Shown here: one piece after another, positions 51,378 through 61,943 of the stretch
Layout of the letters: the number at the start of each line of letters is the position of its first letter
Numbering within the stretch: the first letter of the stretch is position 1
From: Minisyncoccota bacterium
Lineage (GTDB): Bacteria; Patescibacteriota; Minisyncoccia; UBA6257; GWB1-50-10
DNA: 64,000 nucleotides
Direction: 5' to 3'
NCBI GenBank assembly: GCA_020059585.1
Contig: JAGVBU010000009.1
Location: 962-64,961, forward strand
Notes under the pieces: generated by a model
Told to the model about the DNA's origin: nothing
Databases searched by the model: none
The model's input: the letters and a program-made list of their open reading frames with translations, nothing else
Made by a program: the position numbers and the translations under genes

Positions 51378-51644
51378 ATGCCTCGCGGGATAGAATCGAA
51401 TGAATATATGAAGTCCATCAGAGAACGCTCCGGCAATATGCGGGTAGGATATAAGCATCAGCTTATTGGACTCGAGGTAGCAGATCTTCTCGATGATAGA
51501 CCGCACAAGGCGCTCTATATAAAACTTGTGAAAAAGCTAGGAGAGCAAAAAATCCTTTCACTTGCAAAAGATGTCGCCGAGAGGAAAAATATAAAGAACA
51601 AGGGAGCGTATTTTATGAGAATGCTCCATACAAAAAATACATAA
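51378..51644 (+). CDS. Hypothetical small basic protein
   Basis: 88-aa ORF upstream of def; HQLIGLEVA...KNKGAYFM. Confidence 0.65.
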   Translation: MPRGIESNEYMKSIRERSGNMRVGYKHQLIGLEVADLLDDRPHKALYIKLVKKLGEQKILSLAKDVAERKNIKNKGAYFMRMLHTKNT

Positions 51645-51672
51645 AAAACGTACGTTTCTTATTATTAATAAA

Positions 51673-52182
51673 ATGAATACTATTGTTACCATAGAGGAAA
51701 AAAAAGACGAGAAGTTCCTCCGCACGAAGACGGTTCCTTTTGATATAGAAAAACTAAAGGATAAATCGAACGCAAAAAATATCAGGGAACTTCTTAAGAC
51801 CATGAGAGAAATCATGCGGCGAGCGAATGGCGTGGGATTGAGCGCGAATCAAATAGGAATCGGCGAACGTTTTTTTGTCGCGCAGGTTCCGGACGAGCAG
51901 GGAAAGCAGAAGTTTTACGCTATTTTCAATCCTGAAATCATAAAAAAATCCAAAGCAACGGAAACTGTTGAAGAAGGATGTTTGAGCGTGCCGAACGCGT
52001 ACGGTCCCACGGAACGCCACTATGAGGTGACGCTTGTGGGTTATGATCACCGTGGGAAGAAAATAAAGATAAAAGCATGGGGTCTTCTTGCTCGCGTATT
52101 CCAGCACGAGGTCGGGCATCTGAACGGCGAACTCTTCATCGATACCGCGAAAGAAGTGCACCATATCCATCCCTTGGGATAA
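51673..52182 (+). CDS. def: Peptide deformylase
   Basis: GVGLSANQIG, EGCLS, QHEVGHLNG. Confidence 0.96.
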   Translation: MNTIVTIEEKKDEKFLRTKTVPFDIEKLKDKSNAKNIRELLKTMREIMRRANGVGLSANQIGIGERFFVAQVPDEQGKQKFYAIFNPEIIKKSKATETVEEGCLSVPNAYGPTERHYEVTLVGYDHRGKKIKIKAWGLLARVFQHEVGHLNGELFIDTAKEVHHIHPLG

Positions 52183-52188
52183 CCCTCT

Positions 52189-53028
52189 ATGAAGAGCTCT
52201 TTCTTTTTTTTCGGTACGCCACGATTCGCCGAAATTGCGCTTTCCGAACTCATCAATAAAGGGTGGGTTCCTTCGCGCGTAATATGCAATCCTGATCGCC
52301 CCGCGGGAAGAAAAAAGGAACTTACCGCTCCCCCCGTCAAAACACTTGCCGAGAATAATGGAATTCCCGTCTTTCAACCGGAAAGATTATCCCACGGAGA
52401 CTCTGCGTTCCGCGACATTCCCGACTATTTTTTTGTCGCCGCATACGGAAAGATAATTCCGAGGGAGTTGTTTGAAATTCCCCGATTTGGAACCATAGGC
52501 ATTCATCCCTCGCTTCTTCCGCAATATCGAGGCGCCTCTCCAATCCAATCGGCGATTCTTAATGGAGAGGAAAAAACAGGAATAACCATATTCCTTATCG
52601 ACGAGCAGGTTGATCATGGAAAGATACTTGCTCAGGAAACCGTATCTCTATCTACGGAAGAAACCTATTCCTCTCTTGAGGAAAAACTTGCTCGTCTAGG
52701 ATCTCGCCTTCTTATGACCACAGCCCAAGATTATCGCGAGGGGAAAATAATTCCCAAAGAACAGGATCATGTCCACGCAACTGTCACCAAGAAAATCTCT
52801 ACGAAAGACGGCTTTATTTCTGCAGATACGCTCAATGAGGCACTCCAAGGAAACGCTGAAAAAACGGTGCTTATAGACCGTATGGTGCGCGCGCTGAATC
52901 CAGAACCTGGCGTATGGACATTGAAAGACGGAAAGCGCATGAAAATACTGGGAGTAAAGAAAATCGAGGGGAAAATAATAATTACGAGAATTCAAATGGA
53001 GGGAGGAGTAGCTCGAGATATCCTATAA
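52189..53028 (+). CDS. fmt: Methionyl-tRNA formyltransferase
   Basis: FFGTPRFA, PDRPAGR, HPSLLPQYRGASPIQ, RALNPEPG. Confidence 0.96.
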   Translation: MKSSFFFFGTPRFAEIALSELINKGWVPSRVICNPDRPAGRKKELTAPPVKTLAENNGIPVFQPERLSHGDSAFRDIPDYFFVAAYGKIIPRELFEIPRFGTIGIHPSLLPQYRGASPIQSAILNGEEKTGITIFLIDEQVDHGKILAQETVSLSTEETYSSLEEKLARLGSRLLMTTAQDYREGKIIPKEQDHVHATVTKKISTKDGFISADTLNEALQGNAEKTVLIDRMVRALNPEPGVWTLKDGKRMKILGVKKIEGKIIITRIQMEGGVARDIL

Positions 53029-53035
53029 AAACTTA

Positions 53036-53359
53036 TTAAAGTGAGAGTTCAAGCACATCCTCCTCTTCAATTTCATAGACGGGAGGCAGCTCAAGGACTC
53101 TTTTATACTTCGGGTTCCAGAAAAAAAAACTGTTCGGTTTCATGTTTTTTTTCAGCGCCCTTATCGCCCCATACATATCAAGTATGGCAACATCAATAGA
53201 AAATTTTACTCTGAAGGTGTGTATCCCCCATCGCGTTTCGAAATAAACCGGTCTCGGTTTTTCAAATACGCTCATTCCATCCGTCTTTTCTCTCAAAGTC
53301 TTGAGCACAAGAACGTTGTCGGAAAGAGTTTTATTTCTTGTCCTGTTAAAAAGATTCAT
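53036..53359 (-). CDS. DUF192 family protein
   Basis: GIHTFRVKFSIDVAILD, VLELP. Confidence 0.75.
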   Translation of the reverse strand: MNLFNRTRNKTLSDNVLVLKTLREKTDGMSVFEKPRPVYFETRWGIHTFRVKFSIDVAILDMYGAIRALKKNMKPNSFFFWNPKYKRVLELPPVYEIEEEDVLELSL

Positions 53360-53363
53360 ATTG

Positions 53364-53582
53364 TTACGGAATATCAAATATTTTTTCTCGGGATGTAGCT
53401 CCTCCGATGAGCGCGATATTTCCTTTGGAAATTCCCATGTATTCCGAAAGAAGTTCAATGACCCTTTTATTCGCCTTCCCTTCTTTCGCGGGAGCATTCG
53501 CTCTTACTATGAAATTTTTTTCATCTATTTTTTCGACGCTCTCTTTCCTGCTGTTTGGCTTCACTAATACGTATATTTTCAT
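53364..53582 (-). CDS. DUF167 (YggU/UPF0235) protein
   Basis: VKPNSR, APAKEGKAN, GATSREK. Confidence 0.9.
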   Translation of the reverse strand: MKIYVLVKPNSRKESVEKIDEKNFIVRANAPAKEGKANKRVIELLSEYMGISKGNIALIGGATSREKIFDIP

Positions 53583-53583
53583 C

Positions 53584-54438
53584 TTATGCAAAAATTGATT
53601 TAAGCGTATCGATATTTCTCTTATCGGGTCCATTGCCATCAAATCCGGGGACTTCGAGTATCCATGCTTTATCGCGTACCCGCTCCTCTTTTGCGAGCGC
53701 CTTGAACCCCTCTATGCCGATGATTCCCTCTCCTATATTCTCGTGTCTGTCATGATGAGAGTCGAACGGCGTTTTCGAATCATTAATATGCATTACGACG
53801 ACATGTTCCATCCCTAGTTTTTCATCCCAGATATCAAAGAGCGCCTTAATCTTTTTTTCGGTGTAATCATCTATAATCCCCGCCTCAAACGCATGAGCAG
53901 TATCAAAACAAACCTTCACCCTCTCTGATTTCATGAGTGTGTGAATATATGCGATATCTTCAATATCCGATCCCACTTTGTCCCCGCCTCCCGCGGAATT
54001 TTCCATAATAAGCATCGCGCGTCCGGGCGTTTTTTCAAGGACTTTTTTCATCCCAAAAATCTCTTTTTCAAGCGCCTCCTCCTTTGATATACCTTTCCCC
54101 GACCCCATGTGAAATATAAGCCCATTTGCTCCTATTACTTCTGCTATTTTCAAGTGTGCGGATAAGTTATGAATAGATTTTTCATATATTTCTTCGGAGG
54201 CGCTCGCGAGATTCACAAGATACGACGCGTGGAGATACACTTCCTGAACGGTACTTTTTTTTCTCGCTTCATGAAATTTTTTTGTATCTTCCGAAGAAAT
54301 TTCCCGCGTGTGCCACGCGCGCGGAGATGCTCCAAAAAACTGGACTGACGTTCCTCCTAAGTCCTCTATACGCGGGATCGCGTTCCATATTCCACCCTCT
54401 ACGGAAACATGCGCGCCGATACGGGGAATTTTTTTCAT
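53584..54438 (-). CDS. nfo: Endonuclease IV
   Basis: IGAHVS, HASYLVNL, ENSAG, CFDTAH, HINDSK, DRHENIG. Confidence 0.95.
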   Translation of the reverse strand: MKKIPRIGAHVSVEGGIWNAIPRIEDLGGTSVQFFGASPRAWHTREISSEDTKKFHEARKKSTVQEVYLHASYLVNLASASEEIYEKSIHNLSAHLKIAEVIGANGLIFHMGSGKGISKEEALEKEIFGMKKVLEKTPGRAMLIMENSAGGGDKVGSDIEDIAYIHTLMKSERVKVCFDTAHAFEAGIIDDYTEKKIKALFDIWDEKLGMEHVVVMHINDSKTPFDSHHDRHENIGEGIIGIEGFKALAKEERVRDKAWILEVPGFDGNGPDKRNIDTLKSIFA

Positions 54439-54442
54439 AGTA

Positions 54443-55282
54443 CTATGGCTGAAGAGCTTCGTCAGAATTCCCATCTACCGATATTACTACCCGTGAAATG
54501 GTCGGAAATTGTTTGAGTGTGCGCTCAATCTGCGAACGGATGGCCGCAACCCTACAAGATCCTCCCGCGTTCAAAAGATTGTTGAAATCAGCGTATGCAA
54601 TTCCGTTCTCTATCTTTATGCTCTGAAGTACGGTCCCCTCAGGAATACTAGAAAAAAGTTTTGCGTCTTTCTCGGCCCCATTCACTCCCTTTAAAAGCTC
54701 GTCCACCGCGGCCCGCGCAACACCATCAACTCTCTCCACGACACGTACCGATTCATACACTTCCGTACACGCATTCATGGAGGAATCCGTGCCATAACGT
54801 CCAAAGTACACCTTTACCTCCATTATGTCGGAAACGAAACGTACGGGAAGGTCGTACGAAAGATCAAACTCAGGCAATCCGCTTGGATTATCCTTGCTCA
54901 ATCGTATCAATCCTTCTCCATTGCCGGGGTTCTCAAACGATATCTTACTGAAAAAAGGAATTTCATTTTCAGTCATCCATGGTTCCGTCGTCTCCGCGAT
55001 TCCAGTCCCAAGAAGCGCTCCCTTATCATCGTATACGCGCACGGGAAAACTCCCTTCGAAAAACCATGTTCCCTTCGCCATTCCCGAAACCTCGACGGGA
55101 CTTGAAATGCCCTCCCCTTCTTTGGGAAGGAAAACCGTAATATCCGCGCTTCGAGAAGGATCGTTTTCTGTGATGGCGTTATAATCTTCAAGAGCATTTC
55201 TCTGATTCAGAGAGAAAAAACTCCCGATGGCAATCGCGCATATAATTATCCCCGCGTAGAGAGCGATCTTTTTATTTTTCAT
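54443..55282 (-). CDS. Membrane-anchored Gmad2 Ig-like plus GerMN domain protein
   Basis: GTWFFEGSFPV, KDNPSGLPE, GGSCRVAAIRSQIERTLKQFPTI. Confidence 0.85.
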   Translation of the reverse strand: MKNKKIALYAGIIICAIAIGSFFSLNQRNALEDYNAITENDPSRSADITVFLPKEGEGISSPVEVSGMAKGTWFFEGSFPVRVYDDKGALLGTGIAETTEPWMTENEIPFFSKISFENPGNGEGLIRLSKDNPSGLPEFDLSYDLPVRFVSDIMEVKVYFGRYGTDSSMNACTEVYESVRVVERVDGVARAAVDELLKGVNGAEKDAKLFSSIPEGTVLQSIKIENGIAYADFNNLLNAGGSCRVAAIRSQIERTLKQFPTISRVVISVDGNSDEALQP

Positions 55283-55664
55283 TTTTGAGAATATTTTTTA
55301 TTTCTTCTATATCGCGCTCTATCTTTGCGATCTTTATTCTTGTTTTTGTTAACTCATTCTCCTCAGCGTGTATTTCTTTTTCGGTTTTATCCACTATTTT
55401 CTTCTGAGAACGAAGTCCCGTGATGATAATATTATCGCCAATGAAATAAAACACAAAAAGACCTGTAAGAAGGAGTATCACCACGCTCACCACAACCGAT
55501 CCAAGTCCATAAAGAGAGGGAAATGTTTCGGCGGTTTCCCAAACCCCCTTCCAAAAAAGTACAACGCCCACGCCTCCGACAAACGCGTAGAGTATCGGAA
55601 AATGACTCAACGCGCCGCGTACCTTATCTTCAAGCTTATCAAAGAATTTTATTATTTTTTTCAT
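55272..55664 (-). CDS. Hypothetical 2-TM membrane protein with coiled-coil tail
   Basis: FFDKLEDKVR, GVVLFWKGVW, LTGLFV. Confidence 0.7.
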   Translation of the reverse strand: MKKIIKFFDKLEDKVRGALSHFPILYAFVGGVGVVLFWKGVWETAETFPSLYGLGSVVVSVVILLLTGLFVFYFIGDNIIITGLRSQKKIVDKTEKEIHAEENELTKTRIKIAKIERDIEEIKNILKNEK

Positions 55665-55685
55665 CGCGTGCTTTCATTATACTCC

Positions 55686-56876
55686 TCATCTTTTCGGTAA
55701 AAAAGAGTTCTTTCTTCGTATCCTATGATAATTTACCGAGGTGCGATGCGCCTCGTCGCGTACGCGTACGAGCGTGCGATGCGTCGTCCATGAAGGAATG
55801 TTTCCTATAATATCGCTTCTCTTTCTTCTTTTTCCTTTTGCCATTCCTATTACGGGAATTATAATATTCTGTTTTTTTAGGACCTCCACTGCGGCGTTCA
55901 CCTGTCCTATTCCTCCATCAACAAGGATAAGGTCGGGAAAGGGCCATTCGCCATGTCTAAAACGGCGTTCAAGGATCTCCTTCATCATTCGCGTGTCATC
56001 CGGAGATTGATCAGAAGAAATAGAGAATTTTTTATATTCAGAATTCTTTGAAACGTCCCCGATAAAAACCACCATACTTCCTACGGCATGTTTTCCGGAA
56101 ATATTCGAAATATCATAACCCTCAACCCGCTTCGCGGGAATTTTTAATGGCTCGGAGGAGATAACGGCTACGTCATTGATGTGCTGAAGCGCAAAAAGCT
56201 GTCTTTTTATTTTCTCCGCTTTTTCGAATTCAAGTTTTTTGCTCGCCTGCGTCATTGCGCGCTCAAGGTTTTCTATCGCCCGATTCATTTTCCCCGAAAG
56301 AAAAAGCGAGAGGTTTTTTATGTTTTTCTTGTATTCTCTTTTATCAACTGCTCCAACACACGTTCCCGGACAGAGACCTATATGATAATCAAAACACGCC
56401 TTTCCCCATTTTTTCGATGGATCATGCACGCTCCACGGGAATATTTTCCGCATAATCCGGAGCGCTTCTTTTAATGAACTTGAAGAGGTAAACGGACCGA
56501 ACACTTCGGCAAAATCATCTTTCTTTTCGGAAATCTCCTTTCCCCTCACAAGAAGTACGCGCGGAAATTCATCTTTCGTGATAATCGCGTAAAAAAAACT
56601 TTTATCATCTTTCTCTCTTATGTTGAATGGGGGTTGATTTTTTTTTATAAGGTTCGCTTCAAGAATAAGCGCCTCAAGCGCTGAATTGGTACGCGTATAA
56701 TCTATTTTCCGGACCGTCGAAATAAGACGCGTGATGCGAGCGTCATGTGGACGAGAAAAATAGCTAGAAACTCTGTGCCTCAGGTTAACCGCTTTTCCTA
56801 TATAGAGAATTCGCCCGCGCGCATCCTTCATGAAATATACCCCAGGCGATTCCGGAATGTGGGCGTAAAGGGACAT
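55686..56876 (-). CDS. uvrC: Excinuclease ABC subunit C, short form
   Basis: GIY-YIG (PGVY..LYIGKA), Cys cluster, UVR, EGYDISN, PDLILVDGG, RDEAHR; no HhH tail. Confidence 0.92.
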   Translation of the reverse strand: MSLYAHIPESPGVYFMKDARGRILYIGKAVNLRHRVSSYFSRPHDARITRLISTVRKIDYTRTNSALEALILEANLIKKNQPPFNIREKDDKSFFYAIITKDEFPRVLLVRGKEISEKKDDFAEVFGPFTSSSSLKEALRIMRKIFPWSVHDPSKKWGKACFDYHIGLCPGTCVGAVDKREYKKNIKNLSLFLSGKMNRAIENLERAMTQASKKLEFEKAEKIKRQLFALQHINDVAVISSEPLKIPAKRVEGYDISNISGKHAVGSMVVFIGDVSKNSEYKKFSISSDQSPDDTRMMKEILERRFRHGEWPFPDLILVDGGIGQVNAAVEVLKKQNIIIPVIGMAKGKRRKRSDIIGNIPSWTTHRTLVRVRDEAHRTSVNYHRIRRKNSFLPKR

Positions 56877-56886
56877 ATATATTCAA

Positions 56887-57747
56887 TTAATCCGAATAAA
56901 AAAGAAAGTCAAAAAATCTTTGGGCGGGTGTTTTTTCTTTCGGGGTATGCGAAGATCCCTCGAATATTCCCTGCAGCTTATTTTTTGCCTCACGCTCTCC
57001 CGCGCGAATGATATCCTTCGCATCAGCAAATTGAAACCATCGATACCCTATAACAGGGGGGTTTAAAACAATATCCGCGCCAGACAGCACCCGTCGCGCA
57101 AGCTGATATTCTATTATTGCAAGCGCGCGGGGCATCACCGAGTAAAGTTTTATCGGATTTAAACTCTCTTCCTCAAGGTTATACCATCGGCTTGAAACAT
57201 CTACCGCGATGACATATTCAGCACCCATATCGCGGACGACATCGGCAGGAACTGGATTTACAAAACCCCCGTCCATAAGGAGCCTTCCCTCAATTGTCGC
57301 GGGTGGAAATATGAGAGGAAGCGCGGTCGATGCCTGTATCGCGTTACGGAGATCTCCCTTGTTCAAAATCACCTCATCGCCATTTTCGACTGCTGTTGCA
57401 ATCGCGGTGAACGGAATTTTACACTCTTCAATCGAAACGTCTTTTATTTTTTCTTCAAGAAGATCAAGAAGATCATTTTTGAATATTTCTCCATTTTTTT
57501 TGCGAATCATGCGCGTTGCCGGATATACGTCTTTTTTCTGTATTCCAAGAAAAAAATTTTCAAGGAAACGAATGTCCTTTGTTGCGGCATATATTCCTCC
57601 CACAAGCGCGCCCATGCTCGTTCCCGCGATATAGCTTATTTCAATACCCGCGTCCTCAAGCGCGCGGATGACGCCAATATGTGCCAATCCTTTTGCCGCG
57701 CCCCCTCCAAGGGCAAGTCCAACCTTCTTCGGAATTTTCTGTGTCAT
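56887..57747 (-). CDS. Patatin-like phospholipase
   Basis: LGGGAAKG, GTSMG, DGG. Confidence 0.92.
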   Translation of the reverse strand: MTQKIPKKVGLALGGGAAKGLAHIGVIRALEDAGIEISYIAGTSMGALVGGIYAATKDIRFLENFFLGIQKKDVYPATRMIRKKNGEIFKNDLLDLLEEKIKDVSIEECKIPFTAIATAVENGDEVILNKGDLRNAIQASTALPLIFPPATIEGRLLMDGGFVNPVPADVVRDMGAEYVIAVDVSSRWYNLEEESLNPIKLYSVMPRALAIIEYQLARRVLSGADIVLNPPVIGYRWFQFADAKDIIRAGEREAKNKLQGIFEGSSHTPKEKTPAQRFFDFLFYSD

Positions 57748-57802
57748 ACACAAATAATAAACAAAAAGAGGTCTTTTGAAAATACAAAAGGCCCCTTTAG
57801 AT

Positions 57803-58318
57803 TTAATTTTTCTTGATAGCGCCGAAAACCCCCACGATTGCTGAGGCAATCTGATAATGCGGAAACATCGGCTGATTCTTCGCGTATCCGATGTATGCCG
57901 CGCCAAGATGCGTTGCCGCGAGAATTGTCCATCCCCATTTGATTTTCCACGCTCCGTTTTTCGGATGGAGCAAATATGTTGCGGCGAGCATACCCGCAGA
58001 ACTCCAGAACTCAAAGAACGTCAGCTCTCCCGTAAACGTGAAGACAGTCAAAACAAGAATTATCACAAACAAAGAGGAAAGTATCCCTGCCTCGATTTTC
58101 CTGTTTTCCTCTTTAACCAGAACTCCGTACATCATCGTGACGAAAAGTCCCAACTCCGCAACCATATAAACGCGAAGATCGAGAAAATAAAAATAGACGA
58201 TTGAGAGAAGTGCGCCGATTGCGCCGAGTATCCATCCTAATTTTTTCCCGACAAGCATACCAACTTTGTTCGAAAAAAAAATTATGGAGACAAGAGCCTC
58301 AATGGCTTTCAAGGTCAT
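57803..58318 (-). CDS. Hypothetical multi-TM membrane protein
   Basis: About 6 hydrophobic segments; GGAGG SD. Confidence 0.65.
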   Translation of the reverse strand: MTLKAIEALVSIIFFSNKVGMLVGKKLGWILGAIGALLSIVYFYFLDLRVYMVAELGLFVTMMYGVLVKEENRKIEAGILSSLFVIILVLTVFTFTGELTFFEFWSSAGMLAATYLLHPKNGAWKIKWGWTILAATHLGAAYIGYAKNQPMFPHYQIASAIVGVFGAIKKN

Positions 58319-58393
58319 GCTTTCCTCCGAAAGTTATTTAATGTCTTTCCAGATTATAGTACAAAATATACTATATGTCAATTATCTCTCTTC

Positions 58394-60931
58394 TTATTTC
58401 AGAATTTTCCTCAGATAGTGCCCTGTAAAACTTCCCTCTACTTTCGAAACATATTCAGGGGTTCCTTCTCCGACAATTTTTCCTCCTTTTTCTCCCCCCT
58501 CGGGACCAAGATCGATGACCCAATCCGCCGTCTTAATAACATCAAGATTGTGCTCGATTACCACAACCGTGTTTCCCCTTTCCACAAGACGATGTAAGAC
58601 CTCAAGCAACTTTTTCACGTCATGAAAATGAAGCCCCGTTGTCGGTTCATCGAGGAGATACAATGTTCTTCTTGTGCCCGCCTGACGATACGCGGGTCCT
58701 GTTTTCCCCAACTCCGCGCCGAGTTTTATGCGTTGAGCTTCTCCGCCGGAGAGCGTTGTTGCGGATTGTCCGAGTTCAAGATATCCCAACCCCACTTCAT
58801 TGAGAATCTTCAAACGATCATACAACCATGGAATGTCATCAAAAAATTTTGCTGCTTCCTCTATAGTCATCTTCAGCACCTCGTGGATATTTTTTTTCTT
58901 GTACTCCACCTCAAGCGTCTCCCTGTCGAAACGCTTCCCTTTGCACACATCGCATTCAATATATACCGTAGGAAGAAAGTGCATTTCGATGGCAATGACC
59001 CCATGTCCTTCGCAATGTTCACACCTTCCTCCTTTTACGTTAAAACTGAATCGCCCCGGTTTATAGCCGCGTATACGCGCATCTTCTGTTGCCGCAAATA
59101 GATCTCTTATATATGTCCACGCGCCTACATATGTCGCTGGATTCGAACGAGGCGTGCGTCCTATCGCGGATTGATCGATATTGATAACTCTGCTGATATT
59201 TTCTAATCCTCGCATTTCCCGATGCGCGCCAGGAACATAATTCGCGCCATTGAGCTTATTTGCAAGCGTTTTCCAAAGTACATCATATAAAAATGTGCTT
59301 TTCCCCGATCCCGAGACTCCCGTGATCGCAACGAATCTTCTGAGGGGAATTTGTATATCAATGTTTTTAAGATTATTTTCCCTAATTCCCTTTATCGCGA
59401 GAAAACTATGATCTCGTTTCACTCCCCTTCTTTCTTTGGGTACCGCGACGGACTCCTCTCCGCGAAGATACCGAATAGTCAATGATTTCGATTTTTTTTC
59501 CTCGAGTATCCGAGGGATTTCGCCCTCGACGACAATTTCACCCCCGTGTATTCCCGCTCCGGGACCTATATCCACGAGATGATCTGATTCCCTAATCGTC
59601 TCTTCGTCATGTTCAACAACGATTACGGTATTCCCGAGATCTCTCAGTTCGTGAAGCGTGCGTATGAGTTTTGCGTTGTCCCGCTGATGCAATCCTATCG
59701 TCGGTTCATCAAGAACATAGAGAGCCCCCGTGAGACGCGACCCTATTTGTGACGCGAGACGGATTCTTTGCGCTTCGCCTCCTGAAAGCGTTCCCGCCTT
59801 TCGTTCAAGCGTCAGATATTCTAATCCGACATCAAGCATGAATTTCAAACGCGCTTTAATTTCACGGAGCGGCACCTCAATGATCTCAAAATTTTTTTTC
59901 TCCTTCTTTTTCTGCATTCCTGTAAAAAAATCATATGCTTCCGATATAGAAAGCGCTGCCACGGAAGATATGTTTTTCCCCTCAATGAGTACGCTTAACG
60001 CCTCCTGCTTCAGACGTCTCCCTCCGCATGCATCGCACGGTTTCTCCGACCATATATTTTCAACCCCAAGACCGTGACATTCGGGGCATGCGCCGTAAGG
60101 ACTATTAAAAGAAAATAAACGAGGCTCTATTTCGGGAAATGAAAATCCGTCTTCAGGACACGTGAATTTTGCCGAAAGAGGCGTCTCTTTATCAGTGATA
60201 ACAGTGACCACGTCATTCCCGTATTTCAGTCCGGTTTCGATTGCTTCCGCAAGCCGAAGCCTGTTGTCTTTGTCTGAAAAATCCAATCCCGAAGGCATAC
60301 GATCGATTAAAAGGTCAATCGTGTGTTGTTTATAGCGCGAGAGTTCAATCCGATCGCGAAGAGAATAAAACTTTCCGTCTATACGCACCTCGGAAAATCC
60401 GGAATTCAGATAATCGTAGAGCATCTGATAATATTCCCCCTTCCTCCCGCGCACTACGGGCGCAAGTATAATGAGATTGCGACGGCTGCTGTTTTCTCTT
60501 GAAATATCAATGGTAATATTCACAATTTCTTCATTAGTCATACGCTGTATCTTTTTCCCGCATACAGGACAATGAGGATCGCCTGCGCGCGCAAAAAGCA
60601 CCCGAAGATAATCATAAATTTCCGTAATGGTTGCGACAGTCGAACGCGGATTCGCGGAATGACTCTTCTGATCTATTGATATCGCGGGAGATAGTCCCTC
60701 AATTTCATCGACGTCCGGTTTATTGAGGCGCCCAAGAAATTGCCGCGCGTACGCGGAAAGGGATTCAATGTACCGTCTCTGGCCTTCCGCAAAGATCGTA
60801 TCGAACGCAAGAGACGATTTCCCGGAACCCGAAAGACCGGTGAATACGATCATCTTGTTCCGTGGAATTTCGAGGTTTATATTTTTCAGATTGTGCTCTC
60901 GCGCTCCTTTTATCTTTATTTTATTGCTCAT
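58394..60931 (-). CDS. uvrA: Excinuclease ABC subunit A
   Basis: Two ABC cassettes ([24 protein letters not shown]), zinc fingers. Confidence 0.98.
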   Translation of the reverse strand: MSNKIKIKGAREHNLKNINLEIPRNKMIVFTGLSGSGKSSLAFDTIFAEGQRRYIESLSAYARQFLGRLNKPDVDEIEGLSPAISIDQKSHSANPRSTVATITEIYDYLRVLFARAGDPHCPVCGKKIQRMTNEEIVNITIDISRENSSRRNLIILAPVVRGRKGEYYQMLYDYLNSGFSEVRIDGKFYSLRDRIELSRYKQHTIDLLIDRMPSGLDFSDKDNRLRLAEAIETGLKYGNDVVTVITDKETPLSAKFTCPEDGFSFPEIEPRLFSFNSPYGACPECHGLGVENIWSEKPCDACGGRRLKQEALSVLIEGKNISSVAALSISEAYDFFTGMQKKKEKKNFEIIEVPLREIKARLKFMLDVGLEYLTLERKAGTLSGGEAQRIRLASQIGSRLTGALYVLDEPTIGLHQRDNAKLIRTLHELRDLGNTVIVVEHDEETIRESDHLVDIGPGAGIHGGEIVVEGEIPRILEEKKSKSLTIRYLRGEESVAVPKERRGVKRDHSFLAIKGIRENNLKNIDIQIPLRRFVAITGVSGSGKSTFLYDVLWKTLANKLNGANYVPGAHREMRGLENISRVINIDQSAIGRTPRSNPATYVGAWTYIRDLFAATEDARIRGYKPGRFSFNVKGGRCEHCEGHGVIAIEMHFLPTVYIECDVCKGKRFDRETLEVEYKKKNIHEVLKMTIEEAAKFFDDIPWLYDRLKILNEVGLGYLELGQSATTLSGGEAQRIKLGAELGKTGPAYRQAGTRRTLYLLDEPTTGLHFHDVKKLLEVLHRLVERGNTVVVIEHNLDVIKTADWVIDLGPEGGEKGGKIVGEGTPEYVSKVEGSFTGHYLRKILK
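58676..58696 (-). repeat. In-frame palindromic-element-like insertion (PAYRQAG) in uvrA
   Basis: CCC GCG TAT CGT CAG GCG GGC lengthens the segment before [11 protein letters not shown]; matches the 50051-50065 element except at wobble positions. Confidence 0.6.
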
Positions 60932-61035
60932 ACATAAACGTCCCGAGGATCTCTTGTCCTTGGGGTATATAGAAAGCATACGGGATTGTTCCTCAAAAAG
61001 TCAAAATCAGTCCCTCTTCTACGACTGCAATACTT

Positions 61036-61809
61036 TTATTCCGCGAGGAGAATGAATCCGAGAAGCGCGAGAAATATGCGATATATCCCAAATAACTCAA
61101 ATGTGTGGGTACGCACGAAGGAAAGGAAGAATTTTATCGCGCCAAGCGCAACGGCAAAAGACACGATAAACCCAACCGCAAGAAATCCGAATTCATCCGG
61201 CGTAAATAAATGTGCGGTTTTTACGAGATCAAGCCCCGTTGCGGCAGCCATTGTTGGAACCGCAAGAAGGAAAGAAAACTGGACGATCGCTCTCCTTGAT
61301 AATCCCGCGTACATACCTCCGAATATCGTGGCGGCAGCGCGGGAAACGCCGGGAATTATCGCTATTGATTGAAACACGCCGATGAGAAATGCCTGAGGAT
61401 ATGTAATAAAACCCAATTCATCTATAGTGCGTTTCTGTTCTCCATGGGCCCGCTCAAAAATAATAATAAGTATTCCTCCGAGAAGAAGTGCCCACAATAC
61501 GACATACACATTATCCATGAGATAATTCTTTACGATGTTATAGAACAAAAGCCCTATAAACGCGGTGGGAATACACGCAGCGATGATCCGCTTCATAATT
61601 CTTCTATTCACAAAAAGTTCTCGCCAATATATAGCCACTACCGAAAGAATCGCTCCGAGTTGTATCGCAATTTCGAAACTTTTTAAAAATTCCGTCTGCG
61701 GATTTCCAAGAATATGAGACGTGAGAATAAGATGCCCCGTCGAAGAGATGGGGAGGAATTCAGTTATTCCCTCAACAATGCCGTATATGATCGCGTGGAG
61801 AATATCCAT
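61036..61809 (-). CDS. uppP: Undecaprenyl-diphosphate phosphatase
   Basis: [34 protein letters not shown]. Confidence 0.96.
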   Translation of the reverse strand: MDILHAIIYGIVEGITEFLPISSTGHLILTSHILGNPQTEFLKSFEIAIQLGAILSVVAIYWRELFVNRRIMKRIIAACIPTAFIGLLFYNIVKNYLMDNVYVVLWALLLGGILIIIFERAHGEQKRTIDELGFITYPQAFLIGVFQSIAIIPGVSRAAATIFGGMYAGLSRRAIVQFSFLLAVPTMAAATGLDLVKTAHLFTPDEFGFLAVGFIVSFAVALGAIKFFLSFVRTHTFELFGIYRIFLALLGFILLAE

Positions 61810-61943
61810 ATCATTTAATTAACAAATTCTTACACTATTCACTAATCTACTCTGTGGAAATCATGATATCACGCAAAATAAGAAACAAAAATCCCGCCCG
61901 TAGCGCAATTCATAGGGGGGCGGGAAATTTCAAAGATTGGTGA

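Noticed and set aside
52291-52320. PAGR peptide in Fmt as another palindrome insertion
   Set aside because: PDRPAGR is the normal conserved Fmt motif
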